Shown here: positions 45,873-56,139 of the stretch, piece after piece
How positions within the stretch are numbered: the stretch's first letter is position 1
Layout: the number at the start of each line of letters is the position of its first letter
Assembly: GCA_009786085.1 (NCBI GenBank)
Contig: WQTW01000001.1
Coordinates: 14,177-78,176 of the forward strand
Source of the DNA: Pseudomonadota bacterium
Lineage (GTDB): Bacteria; Pseudomonadota; Gammaproteobacteria; Burkholderiales; Casimicrobiaceae
Reading direction: 5' to 3'
Length of the DNA: 64,000 bases
Notes under the pieces: model-generated
Databases searched by the model: none
Told to the model about the DNA's origin: nothing
Seen by the model: the letters and a program-made list of their open reading frames with translations, nothing else
Program-made: the position numbers and the translations under genes

Positions 45873-46793
45873 ATGAAAAAAGTCGGCCTGCGAATTGATG
45901 TTGACACTCTGCGCGGCACCCGTGAAGGCGTGCCGCGTTTGTTGTCGTTGCTGGAACGTCATCAGGTGCGCGCCACGTTTTTTTTCAGCGTCGGCCCCGA
46001 CAACATGGGGCGTCATCTGTGGCGTTTGTTGAAGCCGCGCTTCCTGTGGAAAATGTTGCGCTCCAACGCCGCCGCGCTCTACGGTTGGGATATTCTGCTG
46101 GCCGGAACCGCCTGGCCGGGCGTTCGTATCGGCGAAGCGTGCGCGGACATCCTCCGGCAAGCTGCCGCCACCGATCACGAAATCGGTTTGCACGCCTGGG
46201 ATCATCACGCTTGGCAAACGCATGTGGGCCATTGGTCTGAAGAGCGCATCGCGCAGGAAATTCAGCGCGGTCTCGATGCGTTGACGAAAATCACCGGACG
46301 CGAAATCGATTGCACCGCCGCGCCCGGCTGGCGTGCCGATACGCGAATCGTTCATTGTAAAGAACGCTTCCGTTTTCGTTATAACAGCGATTGCCGGGGA
46401 ACGACGCCGTTTCGCCCGCAACTGGAAAACGCTGAACTGGGAGTTCCGCAAATTCCGGTCACGCTGCCGACCTACGACGAAGTGGTCGGCAGCGTTGTCG
46501 ATAGCGCCGGTTTCAACGATTATGTGTTGACGGCGATAAAACAGAATCGCGGCACGCCGGTTTATACCATTCACGCCGAAGTCGAAGGAATGTCGCAAGC
46601 GACGGCTTTTGAAAACTTGCTGCAACAAACGGCAGCGGAAAATGTGCGCTTCTGCCCATTGGGAGAATGGTTGCCCGAAAATATCGACGCACTGCCTTCA
46701 GGCCGCATCGAGCGCATGGCTTTCCCCGGCAGAGAAGGCTGGCTGGGTTGTCAGCAACAAGTGTCACAAACGAAACAAGGAGCTCAAGCGTGA
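45873..46793 (+). CDS. arnD: 4-deoxy-4-formamido-L-arabinose-phosphoundecaprenol deformylase
   Basis: Polysaccharide-deacetylase fold ('[10 protein letters not shown]...GVP.LL.LL', 'HAWDH'). Its position in the arn operon fits. Confidence 0.9.
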   Translation: MKKVGLRIDVDTLRGTREGVPRLLSLLERHQVRATFFFSVGPDNMGRHLWRLLKPRFLWKMLRSNAAALYGWDILLAGTAWPGVRIGEACADILRQAAATDHEIGLHAWDHHAWQTHVGHWSEERIAQEIQRGLDALTKITGREIDCTAAPGWRADTRIVHCKERFRFRYNSDCRGTTPFRPQLENAELGVPQIPVTLPTYDEVVGSVVDSAGFNDYVLTAIKQNRGTPVYTIHAEVEGMSQATAFENLLQQTAAENVRFCPLGEWLPENIDALPSGRIERMAFPGREGWLGCQQQVSQTKQGAQA

Positions 46794-48469
46794 CCATATC
46801 GAAATCATTGAAATCACTGAAAGCCGCGGCGCTGTTTCTTTTCTTCGGCCTGTTTTATCTGTTGCCGTTGAACATCCGATTGCTGTGGCAGCCCGATGAA
46901 ACCCGTTATGCTGAAATCAGCCGCGAAATGCTGGCGCGCGGCGACTGGATCGTGCCGCAATTTCTCGGTTTGCGTTATTTCGAGAAGCCGGTGGCAGGGT
47001 ATTGGTTGAACAACATCAGCCAATGGTTGTTCGGCGAAAACAATTTTTCGGTGCGTTTCGCTTCGGCGTTTTGCACCGCGTTGAGCGCGGCGCTGATTTT
47101 CTGGCTGGCGATGCGCTTGTGGCAAAACCGCCAAAAAGCCTGGGCGGCCACCGTTATCTATCTTTCGTGCTTTCTCGTTTACGCGATCGGAACTTACAGC
47201 GCGCTCGATTCCATGCTGGCGCTGTGGTTGACGGCGACGATGGTGGGCTGTTATGAAGCGATCCACGCCGCGACCACGCGACGAAAAATCATTGCGGCGC
47301 TTTTGACCGGCGTCGCCTGCGGCATGGCGTTCATGACCAAAGGCTTTCTGGCGCTGGTGCTTCCCGTGATTGCCGTCGCGCCGTACATGCTCTGGCAACG
47401 CCGCATCAAAGACCTGTTTGTCTATGGCTTGCTGATCCCCGCAACGGCGGCGTTGGTGAGCGCGCCCTGGGCGATCGCCGTCGCGCTCAAGGAACCGGAT
47501 TACTGGCATTACTTTTTCTGGGTGGAGCACGTGCAGCGTTTTGCGGCGGAGGACGCGCAGCACCGGCGCCCCTTCTGGTTCTATGTGCCGGTGCTGCTGG
47601 CCGGAGCGCTTCCCTGGCTGGGACTGCTACCGTCGGCGCTGGCGCAGGGTTGGCGTCGCCGACGAGAGCAACCGGCGTTGACGTATCTGTTGTGCTGGGT
47701 AGCGATGCCGTTTCTCTTTTTCAGCGTCGCCAAAGGCAAACTGCCGACCTACATTTTGCCCTGCTTCGCACCGTTGGCATTGCTGATGGCGCACGTTGCG
47801 ATCGAAGCGGCAAATCAGGGACGCTGGCGAATGCTGGCGATCAACGGCAGAATCAACGGCATCGTCGGCTTGTTGCTTTTCTTCATTTTCATCGGCGTTG
47901 TATGGACGACAGAATCTTTGTACGAGCCGGATGAAAACTTCAAAGTCGCGCTGGTGCTGGCGAGCTTTTTGTTTTGGTCTGCGGTCGGATGGTGGGCCGC
48001 ACACCGTTCACAAGAAAGCGCGCCGCGCTGGTGGCTGGTCGCGCTGTGCCCGCTGTTGTTCGGGTTGATCGTGGGTTACGTCGTTCCGCAGAAAACCGCG
48101 GCGCACAAACAACCGCAACAGTTCATCAACAGCATCCGCGCCGAACTGGCCGACAGCCACATCATCCTCAGCAACAATGTCGGCGTCGCCGCCGGACTCG
48201 CCTGGGAAATGAAACGCAGCGATATCAAACTGTTCTCCAGAAAAGGCGAACTGGAATACGGTTTGAGTTACGCAGACAGCGCCGATCATTTTGTCCCGGC
48301 GGAAGGATTTTCGGATTGGTTGCAGGAAGCGCGACGACACGGTCATGTGTCATTGTTGCTGCTCGACGGAAAACCGGAGCGGATGCCGCCGCCGGACAGC
48401 ATGGTCGCAGCGGAAAACGGGCCGGCGCCGGATCGCTTCTTCTTTCTTTACTATCGACAAACGCCATGA
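46790..48469 (+). CDS. arnT: undecaprenyl-phosphate-alpha-4-amino-4-deoxy-L-arabinose arabinosyl transferase
   Basis: GT83/PMT_2-type polytopic protein ('[22 protein letters not shown]', 'RYFEKP'). I chose the GTG at 46790 because of a GTGA overlap with the arnD stop; the track ORF starts 41 codons upstream, inside arnD. Confidence 0.85.
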   Translation: MTISKSLKSLKAAALFLFFGLFYLLPLNIRLLWQPDETRYAEISREMLARGDWIVPQFLGLRYFEKPVAGYWLNNISQWLFGENNFSVRFASAFCTALSAALIFWLAMRLWQNRQKAWAATVIYLSCFLVYAIGTYSALDSMLALWLTATMVGCYEAIHAATTRRKIIAALLTGVACGMAFMTKGFLALVLPVIAVAPYMLWQRRIKDLFVYGLLIPATAALVSAPWAIAVALKEPDYWHYFFWVEHVQRFAAEDAQHRRPFWFYVPVLLAGALPWLGLLPSALAQGWRRRREQPALTYLLCWVAMPFLFFSVAKGKLPTYILPCFAPLALLMAHVAIEAANQGRWRMLAINGRINGIVGLLLFFIFIGVVWTTESLYEPDENFKVALVLASFLFWSAVGWWAAHRSQESAPRWWLVALCPLLFGLIVGYVVPQKTAAHKQPQQFINSIRAELADSHIILSNNVGVAAGLAWEMKRSDIKLFSRKGELEYGLSYADSADHFVPAEGFSDWLQEARRHGHVSLLLLDGKPERMPPPDSMVAAENGPAPDRFFFLYYRQTP

Positions 48470-48810
48470 GCTTGCTTCTCGTTCTGCTGGTGTGCGTGCT
48501 GACCTGTTGCGGCCAGTTGTGCCAGAAGCAGGCGGTGGAATGCTGGAAATCGGCGACGCTTCCCACAAGAAAAAGAAAAACGTTCGGCTGGCTGGCGCTG
48601 GCCGTCGCGGCGCTCGGATTGGGCTTGTTGCTCTGGTTGTGGGCATTGCAATTATTGCCGCTGAGCGTCGCATACCCGATGCTCAGTCTCAACTTCGTGT
48701 TGATGGCGCTGGCGGCGCACTGCTTCTTTCATGAAACCCTGTCGCGTCGCCACATGGTCGGCATCGCCTGCATCGTGCTCGGCGTCGTTCTGCTGGGGAT
48801 CAGCTTATGA
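48466..48810 (+). CDS. arnE: Ara4N-phosphoundecaprenol flippase subunit ArnE
   Basis: 114-aa SMR/EamA-like 4-TM protein. It has ATGA overlaps with arnT upstream and arnF downstream. Confidence 0.75.
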   Translation: MSLLLVLLVCVLTCCGQLCQKQAVECWKSATLPTRKRKTFGWLALAVAALGLGLLLWLWALQLLPLSVAYPMLSLNFVLMALAAHCFFHETLSRRHMVGIACIVLGVVLLGISL

Positions 48811-49226
48811 AAGGAACCGCCTGGGCATTGATCAGCGTGGCGCTGGTATCGGCGGCGCAACTGTTGATGAAGTGGGGGATGACACAACTGCCGACGCAAC
48901 TGCCAACGCAACTGCCATCGGTGACAGCCGTTCTGTCGATAGCGGAATCGACCGTTTGGCACACATACCCGATGGCGCTGCTGTGCGTCGCCACCGGAAT
49001 CGTGTTTTACGTGCTGTCGATGCTGTGCTGGCTGAAAGTGCTGCATGCGCTGCCGCTCGGCCGCGCCTATCCGCTGTTAAGCCTCAGCTACGTGCTGGTC
49101 GCCGTGCTGGCTGCTGTTTTGCCGTGCTTCAACGAACCGCTCACCCTGCTCAAAATCGCCGGAATCGCGCTGGTGTTGATCGGCGTCTGGTTGATCAATG
49201 CCGAGGGAAAAGAAAAAACCTTTTAA
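48807..49226 (+). CDS. arnF: Ara4N-phosphoundecaprenol flippase subunit ArnF
   Basis: 139-aa SMR-like membrane protein and last gene of the operon. It contains an in-frame (QLPT)3 repeat. Its stop lies in unit 1 of a 16-bp tandem repeat. Confidence 0.7.
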   Translation: MKGTAWALISVALVSAAQLLMKWGMTQLPTQLPTQLPSVTAVLSIAESTVWHTYPMALLCVATGIVFYVLSMLCWLKVLHALPLGRAYPLLSLSYVLVAVLAAVLPCFNEPLTLLKIAGIALVLIGVWLINAEGKEKTF

Positions 49227-49278
49227 CCACAAAACCTTTTAACCACAAAACCTTTTAACCACAAAACCTTTTAACCAC
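49215..49278. repeat. perfect 16-bp x 4 tandem repeat
   Basis: 'aaaaccttttaaccac' is repeated exactly four times (49215-30, 49231-46, 49247-62, 49263-78). It then continues into a 'ttaaccacgaaaaacacgaaaaa' word. Confidence 0.95.
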
Positions 49279-49289
49279 GAAAAACACGA

Positions 49290-49895
49290 AAAAAAATAAC
49301 TACCATTCTGCGCGGCGCGAAGCGGCGTCGCAGAATCCACAAAACAAGGCGCGATAAATCGCGCCCCTTGCCCTCTCCCCCGCCCCTCTCCCGCAAGCGG
49401 GAGAGGGGCGATTCTTCTTCGCGCCTTCGCGTGAATATAAAAAGCCGTCATTGCGCGCGAAGCGAAGCAATCCAGAAAATGTATGCAACAAAAAAACGCT
49501 GGATGGCTTCGCCACTTCCCGCCACGCTTCACTCGCGGCTAAAGGTTCCGCGCAGAATGACGAACCTTTTTTCGTGGTTAACGGGTTTTCTTCGCGGCTT
49601 CGCGCCTTCGCGTGAATATAAAAAGCCGTCATTGCGAGCGAAGCGAAGCAATCCAGAAAATGTATGCAACAAAAAAAACGCTGGATGGCTTCGTCACTTC
49701 CCTCCACGCTTCGCTCGCGGCCAAAGGTTCCGCGCAGAATGACGGACCTTTTTTCGTGACTTTCGTGTTTTTCGTGGTTAACGGGTTTTCTTCGCGGCTT
49801 CGCGCCTTCGCGTGAGGCCAAAACGTCGCGGTTCGCTGCGCTCACCAGCGACCTACGAACTGACCTCTGAAATCTGTCCTCTGCCCCCGATCAAG
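49290..49895. repeat. intergenic repeat mosaic upstream of ftsK with a roughly 190-bp tandem duplication
   Basis: Contents: the 'attctgcgcggcgcgaagcggcgtcgcagaat' hairpin; 'gcgcgataaatcgcgccc'; the P1 hairpin at 49371-49408; two tandem composite units (about 49431-49611 and 49612-49811), each made of a W1 word, a P2-like hairpin, 'ccgccacgcttc.ctcgcggc' and a W2 word; the REP at 49828-49856; and a degenerate heptamer tail. Confidence 0.9.
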
Positions 49896-49927
49896 GTACA
49901 ATAGCGCCATCTTATCTGGATGCTCCG

Positions 49928-52237
<2,310 letters not shown>

Positions 52238-52239
52238 TT

Positions 52240-52520
52240 CCAGAGGCCAGAAATCAGATGTCAGAAATCAGAAATCAGAAAAGCGTCATTGCGAGGAGCG
52301 AAGTGACGAAGCAATCCAGAAAACCATCTCACGCGAAGGCGCAAAGGCGCGAAGGCGCGAAGACGAAACCCTCTCCCCTTGCGGGAGAGGGTGGCCGAAG
52401 GCCGGGAGAGGGGACGCTTCATACAAGGGCGGGTTTGAAACCCGCCCCTACGAAATGGCTCTCCTTCGCGGCTTCGCGGCTTCGCGTGAAACATTCTTTA
52501 TTGCGTTCTTTGCGGTTAAC
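52240..52520. repeat. intergenic repeat mosaic between ftsK and lolA
   Basis: Contents: a heptamer run 'ccagaaatcagatgtcagaaatcagaaatcagaaaagc'; a truncated P2; 'tcacgcgaaggcgcaaaggcgcgaaggcgcgaag'; a P1 variant at 52369-52413; the REP at 52426-52450; and 'ttgcgttctttgcggttaa', which overlaps the likely lolA start. Confidence 0.9.
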
Positions 52521-53130
52521 GTATTTTTTCTTCGGTGCGCTGCTGCTCACCGCGCCCGCGTTCGCCGCCAGCGCGCTCGATGATTTGCGCGCGTTCGTGC
52601 GCGACACCAAGACCGTGCGCGCCGAATTCACGCAGGTCACCGTCGGCAAAAACGCCCAGCAAACGCAAAACGTTCAGGGCACCTTGCTGTTGTCACGTCC
52701 CGGAAAATTCCGCTGGAGCACGGAGAAACCTTACGCGCAGTTGGTCGTCAGCGATGGCGCGCGCGTCTGGTTCTTCGATCCCGATCTCGAACAAGTCATC
52801 GTGCGCACCCACGCGCTAGCGCTGGGCGGCACACCGGCGGCGCTGCTGGCCGGTGACGCCGATGTCGAACGCGCGTTTGAATTGATCGCGTTGCCCGACG
52901 ATCAGGGCTTGCGCTGGTTGCAGGCGAGACCGCGCGATAAAGAGGCGGGGTTCACCGACATCAAACTGGGTTTTTCGCAGGGCAAACTCGCCGCGCTGGA
53001 ACTCAACGACACCTTCGGTCAGAAAATTCTGACCCGTTTCCGCTACGTCGAGTACAACCCCGAACTCAATCCCAATCTGTTTACCTTCACCCCACCACCC
53101 GGCGCCGACATCCTCGGCGAGAAAAATTGA
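52510..53130 (+). CDS. lolA: outer-membrane lipoprotein carrier protein LolA
   Basis: A signal peptide '...LTYFFFGALLLTAPAFA' is followed by 'L.AFV.D.KT..A.F.Q.V........Q...G.L...RPGKFRW......Q..VSDG...W.FDPDL.Q'. No in-frame ATG exists, so TTG at 52510 or 52501 is assumed. ftsK-lolA synteny is conserved. Confidence 0.8.
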   Translation: MRLTYFFFGALLLTAPAFAASALDDLRAFVRDTKTVRAEFTQVTVGKNAQQTQNVQGTLLLSRPGKFRWSTEKPYAQLVVSDGARVWFFDPDLEQVIVRTHALALGGTPAALLAGDADVERAFELIALPDDQGLRWLQARPRDKEAGFTDIKLGFSQGKLAALELNDTFGQKILTRFRYVEYNPELNPNLFTFTPPPGADILGEKN

Positions 53131-53154
53131 CCTTCACCTTCTTTTGATCTTCCC

Positions 53155-53691
53155 ATGAAACCTTTTGTCTTTTTTTTGATGTTCGCCTTCATCGCTTGCG
53201 GGGCGCAAGCGCAGGAAAGTTCCATCGCTTTCGATGGAGACTTTTACAAGAAAATCAGCGAGGATCTCGACAGCGCCGTCAAGGTTGTCGAGTATATTCC
53301 ACAGCGCGAGAACGCTTCCGACTGGACGCGAAAAATCACGTTTCGCCACTATCCGCACCTGACCGATGCGCGCGCGACCGGCGCCATGCTCGACGCCACG
53401 ATCAAGCAGAATCCGGCCAACACCGCCGAAAAGTCCGTGGCGCGCGGCGATGAGGCGCTGGTCAGCTACCTCCACCACCCGGAAGGCGCCAAGCTGATGG
53501 AATACCGGATTTTTTATTACCTGAAACCGCAGGGCGCCGAAGGGCTGGCGACTTACGAATACACCTACCGTTTCGCGCCGGACCCGAAACTCAGCGTCGG
53601 CGAACAAATCCCCAGGGAGCGTCAACGCTGGCTGGGCGCCTTCGCCAATTCCCGCTGGGCATTGCCCGCCGCGTTTCTGAAAAAGAATTAA
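53155..53691 (+). CDS. hypothetical secreted protein
   Basis: 178 aa with the signal peptide 'MKPFVFFLMFAFIACGAQA'. I recognise no family. I prefer it over the 264-aa antisense ORF at 53134-53928, which runs through the tRNA and repeat DNA. Confidence 0.6.
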   Translation: MKPFVFFLMFAFIACGAQAQESSIAFDGDFYKKISEDLDSAVKVVEYIPQRENASDWTRKITFRHYPHLTDARATGAMLDATIKQNPANTAEKSVARGDEALVSYLHHPEGAKLMEYRIFYYLKPQGAEGLATYEYTYRFAPDPKLSVGEQIPRERQRWLGAFANSRWALPAAFLKKN

Positions 53692-53694
53692 AAA

Positions 53695-53815
53695 GCGCTT
53701 AACCACGAAAAGCACGAAAGACACGAAAACGCGAAACCGTAAATAATGACGGGGTTCTGATCCCTGACGTCTGACATCTGACATCTGACATCTGATCCCT
53801 GCCCTCTGATTCCTG
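53695..53815. repeat. repeat words + heptamer array upstream of tRNA-Arg
   Basis: 'ttaaccacgaaaagcacgaaagacacgaaaacgcgaaa', followed by 'tctgatccctgacgtctgacatctgacatctgacatctgatccctgccctctgattcctg'. Confidence 0.9.
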
Positions 53816-53822
53816 TTATAAT
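53792..53822 (+). promoter_or_regulatory. candidate promoter of tRNA-Arg (extended -10)
   Basis: 'tgt tataat' (TGn + TATAAT at 53817-53822) ends 9 nt before the mature tRNA 5' end. The only -35-like sequence comes from the heptamer array (ctgatc, 53792-53797, 19-nt spacing). Confidence 0.45.
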
Positions 53823-53831
53823 GCGCCCCTT

Positions 53832-53908
53832 GCGCCCGTAGCTCAGTTGGATAGAGTACCTGGCTACGAACCAGGGGGTCGTGGGTTCGAATCCTGCCGG
53901 GCGCGCCA
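53832..53908 (+). tRNA. tRNA-Arg (anticodon ACG)
   Basis: 77-nt cloverleaf read by eye. Acceptor gcgcccg/cgggcgc, D-arm 'gctcagttggatagagt', anticodon loop 'ctACGaa' (53866-53868), 'ggttcgaatcc' T-loop and encoded CCA. It closely resembles E. coli argV-type tRNA. Confidence 0.95.
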
Positions 53909-53914
53909 CCTTCA

Positions 53915-53946
53915 AGAGATCGGAGCATTCCGGTCTCTTTTTATTT
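53915..53946 (+). terminator. Rho-independent terminator after tRNA-Arg
   Basis: Stem 'agagatcgga'/'tccggtctct' (one G-U pair), loop 'gcat', followed by 'tttttattt'. Confidence 0.65.
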
Positions 53947-54006
53947 GGGCGGTGTTGCTGCGTGATGGGCGCGTCGTGAATCCATGCTTATTCTTTTCTC
54001 TTCTCA

Positions 54007-54101
54007 TGGCGGAAGATCACAGGAGTCGAACCTGCCCGGGACTGCTGGCAGCCCCATCTGGATTTGAAGTCCAGCCGCCCCACCGGGGACGTTGATCTTC
54101 C
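54007..54101 (-). tRNA. selC: tRNA-Sec (selC, anticodon UCA)
   Basis: The 95-nt reverse complement 'ggaagatcaacgtccccggtggggcggctggacttcaaatccagatggggctgccagcagtcccgggcaggttcgactcctgtgatcttccgcca' is nearly collinear with E. coli selC as I recall it. It has an 8-bp acceptor stem, a long variable arm, anticodon UCA (54065-54067) and an encoded CCA. Confidence 0.95.
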
Positions 54102-54104
54102 GTA

Positions 54105-54235
54105 TTCGGCGATTTTAACCGCAAAGAACGCTTTTAACCACGAAAGACAGGTTAAACCAATTTGCCGACATCGGCAAATTGGTCTGGTTTCTCTGATACC
54201 TGATTCCTGACCCCTGATTCCTGATAGGCGAACAA
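54105..54235. repeat. repeat words, 12-bp-arm hairpin and heptamer array overlapping the selB 3' end
   Basis: Contents: 'ttaaccgcaaagaacgc' and 'ttaaccacgaaagaca' words; the perfect hairpin 'accaatttgccg acat cggcaaattggt' (54156-54183); and 'tctgatacctgattcctgacccctgattcctgatagg' (about 54194-54230). Confidence 0.9.
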
Positions 54236-56119
54236 TTCCGCATCGCGCAACAAATGACGGTTACCCATGCGGCGAGTGAAGCCGCTACGGTCGAAAAATT
54301 CGAGAACCTGAATCGCCAGTTTGCGACCAACGCCAAAACGATTTCGCAACGCTGCGGTTTCCATGCTGCCGTCGCCGCCATCGCCACCATCGTTTTCGGC
54401 GGCGGCATCGCGGACGGTCTGAGCGATGCGAGCGATTTGCGACGCCAGATAGTAGCGGTCGCGGACGATCGCAACGGCGTAGCCCAGCCGCGCCGCTTTG
54501 TGCAGCAAGGCGCGTACCGTTTCTTCAGGCGTTTGCGAAGCATGCGCGAGATCGCGCACCCAGCACGGCGGTTCGTGAAAGAGTGGCAACAGGCGTTGCC
54601 ACAACCGATCTTCTTCTTCGGTGAACGCCAGCCGGTGTTGCGGCAAATGCAGCCAACCGCTGGTGTTGGTCAGCCTCTTTTCCGTCAGCAAGCGATCCAT
54701 GTGCGCAAAAGCCAGCGGCTCCGGCGTATTCGGCAACGCCATTCGCCGCAGTCGCGCGCGTCCGATACCGAGATGTTCGGGCGTGCGCGCGTGAAATTCG
54801 GTCAGCGCCGCAATGAGTTGGTCGCATTGCTGCTCGGCCAGCGCCGCGTCGATCGCATAGCCGCCCTTGATGAGTGCGCCAGAGGCTTGCAGCAAGGTTT
54901 GCAATGCCGACGCCGTCAGTTGCCGTGCCCAGGCGAAAGCATCGAGTTCGACGGTGCCTTGTTGCAACCACAGCCCCAACACATCGCGGTCATCGTCCGT
55001 TTCTGCGCGACGCGCAAGCCATTGCAAAAACGCCGGTTGCCGTTTGCCGCGTCGCGGCGGCGTTAACGACAACACGCGCGCACCTGCCAGCGTGTGTTGA
55101 GCGCTGGTGTCGCGCACGACCAACACATCGTCGTCGGCCAGATGCAGCGGCGCGTCGAATACAAGCTCGCACAACACATGTTTCGTGACGGCGTCGGGAT
55201 GCTGCAACAACGACAGCCGACCCGTAAGGTGGCTGGCGGCGTGGTGCAAATGAACGAACTGCGAGGATTGCAGAGAAGCGGTCGCATCGAGAAGATCGAG
55301 TTCCACCAGACAACGGCTCACCGACGACGGCGGCGCTTCCGACAACAACCAATCGCCGCGCGCGATGTCGTCCTTGTGAACATCGCCGACCAGATTCAAC
55401 GCAATGCGCTGGCCGACGTGCGCGGATTCGACCGGCTGATTCTGCGCGTGCAGATGGCGCACCCTCACCGCGCGTCCGGCGCCGGTCAGCCACAACGTGT
55501 CGCCGATGTTGACGCGACCGCCGAACGCCGTGCCGGTCACGACGAGACCTGCGCCATGCACATGAAAAGCGCGATCAATCGCCAGCCGGAAACGGCGGGT
55601 TTCGCTTGCCGTGGCGGGCTGCGACGCCAGCGTCTGCAAATGCGTTTTCAGCGCAGCGATGTTGTCGCCGGTCGTTGCCGAAACTTCAAAAAAAGCAGCA
55701 TCGTTCCAAATGTAACGACGCAATGTTTGTTCGAGCGCCGCGCGAACTTCGGCGCGTCGCGTGACATCGACCTTGTCGGTTTTGGTCAACACGACGGTCA
55801 AGCCGGGAATGCGCAGCAAGTGCAGAATCGCCAGATGCTCTTCGGTCTGCGGCATGATCCCATCGTCGCAAGCGACCACGAGCAACGCATGCTGAACACC
55901 GCCGACACCGGCCAGCATGTTGGTCAAAAATTTCTCGTGGCCGGGAACGTCGATGAAGCCCAGCGTTTCGCCGCCCGGTAAAGGAAGGTAGGCGTAACCG
56001 AGATCAATCGTCATCCCGCGCCGCTTTTCTTCCGGCAAGCGATCGGTCTCAACGCCGGTCAATGCGCGAAGCAACGATGTTTTGCCGTGATCGACGTGGC
56101 CTGCGGTAACGAAAATCAT
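54152..56119 (-). CDS. selB: selenocysteine-specific translation elongation factor SelB
   Basis: 655 aa. The GTPase N-terminus is '[17 protein letters not shown]...[14 protein letters not shown]' and the winged-helix C-terminus is '[29 protein letters not shown]'. The final roughly 25 aa are translated from repeat DNA. Confidence 0.9.
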   Translation of the reverse strand: MIFVTAGHVDHGKTSLLRALTGVETDRLPEEKRRGMTIDLGYAYLPLPGGETLGFIDVPGHEKFLTNMLAGVGGVQHALLVVACDDGIMPQTEEHLAILHLLRIPGLTVVLTKTDKVDVTRRAEVRAALEQTLRRYIWNDAAFFEVSATTGDNIAALKTHLQTLASQPATASETRRFRLAIDRAFHVHGAGLVVTGTAFGGRVNIGDTLWLTGAGRAVRVRHLHAQNQPVESAHVGQRIALNLVGDVHKDDIARGDWLLSEAPPSSVSRCLVELDLLDATASLQSSQFVHLHHAASHLTGRLSLLQHPDAVTKHVLCELVFDAPLHLADDDVLVVRDTSAQHTLAGARVLSLTPPRRGKRQPAFLQWLARRAETDDDRDVLGLWLQQGTVELDAFAWARQLTASALQTLLQASGALIKGGYAIDAALAEQQCDQLIAALTEFHARTPEHLGIGRARLRRMALPNTPEPLAFAHMDRLLTEKRLTNTSGWLHLPQHRLAFTEEEDRLWQRLLPLFHEPPCWVRDLAHASQTPEETVRALLHKAARLGYAVAIVRDRYYLASQIARIAQTVRDAAAENDGGDGGDGSMETAALRNRFGVGRKLAIQVLEFFDRSGFTRRMGNRHLLRDAELFAYQESGVRNQVSEKPDQFADVGKLV

Positions 56120-56139
56120 GGGATCTCTTTAAGATACTA

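Noticed and set aside
53134-53928. 264-aa minus-strand ORF covering the secreted-protein gene, a repeat cluster and tRNA-Arg.
   Set aside because: It runs antisense through a bona fide tRNA and heptamer/word repeats. The plus-strand 178-aa ORF has a canonical signal peptide and start context.
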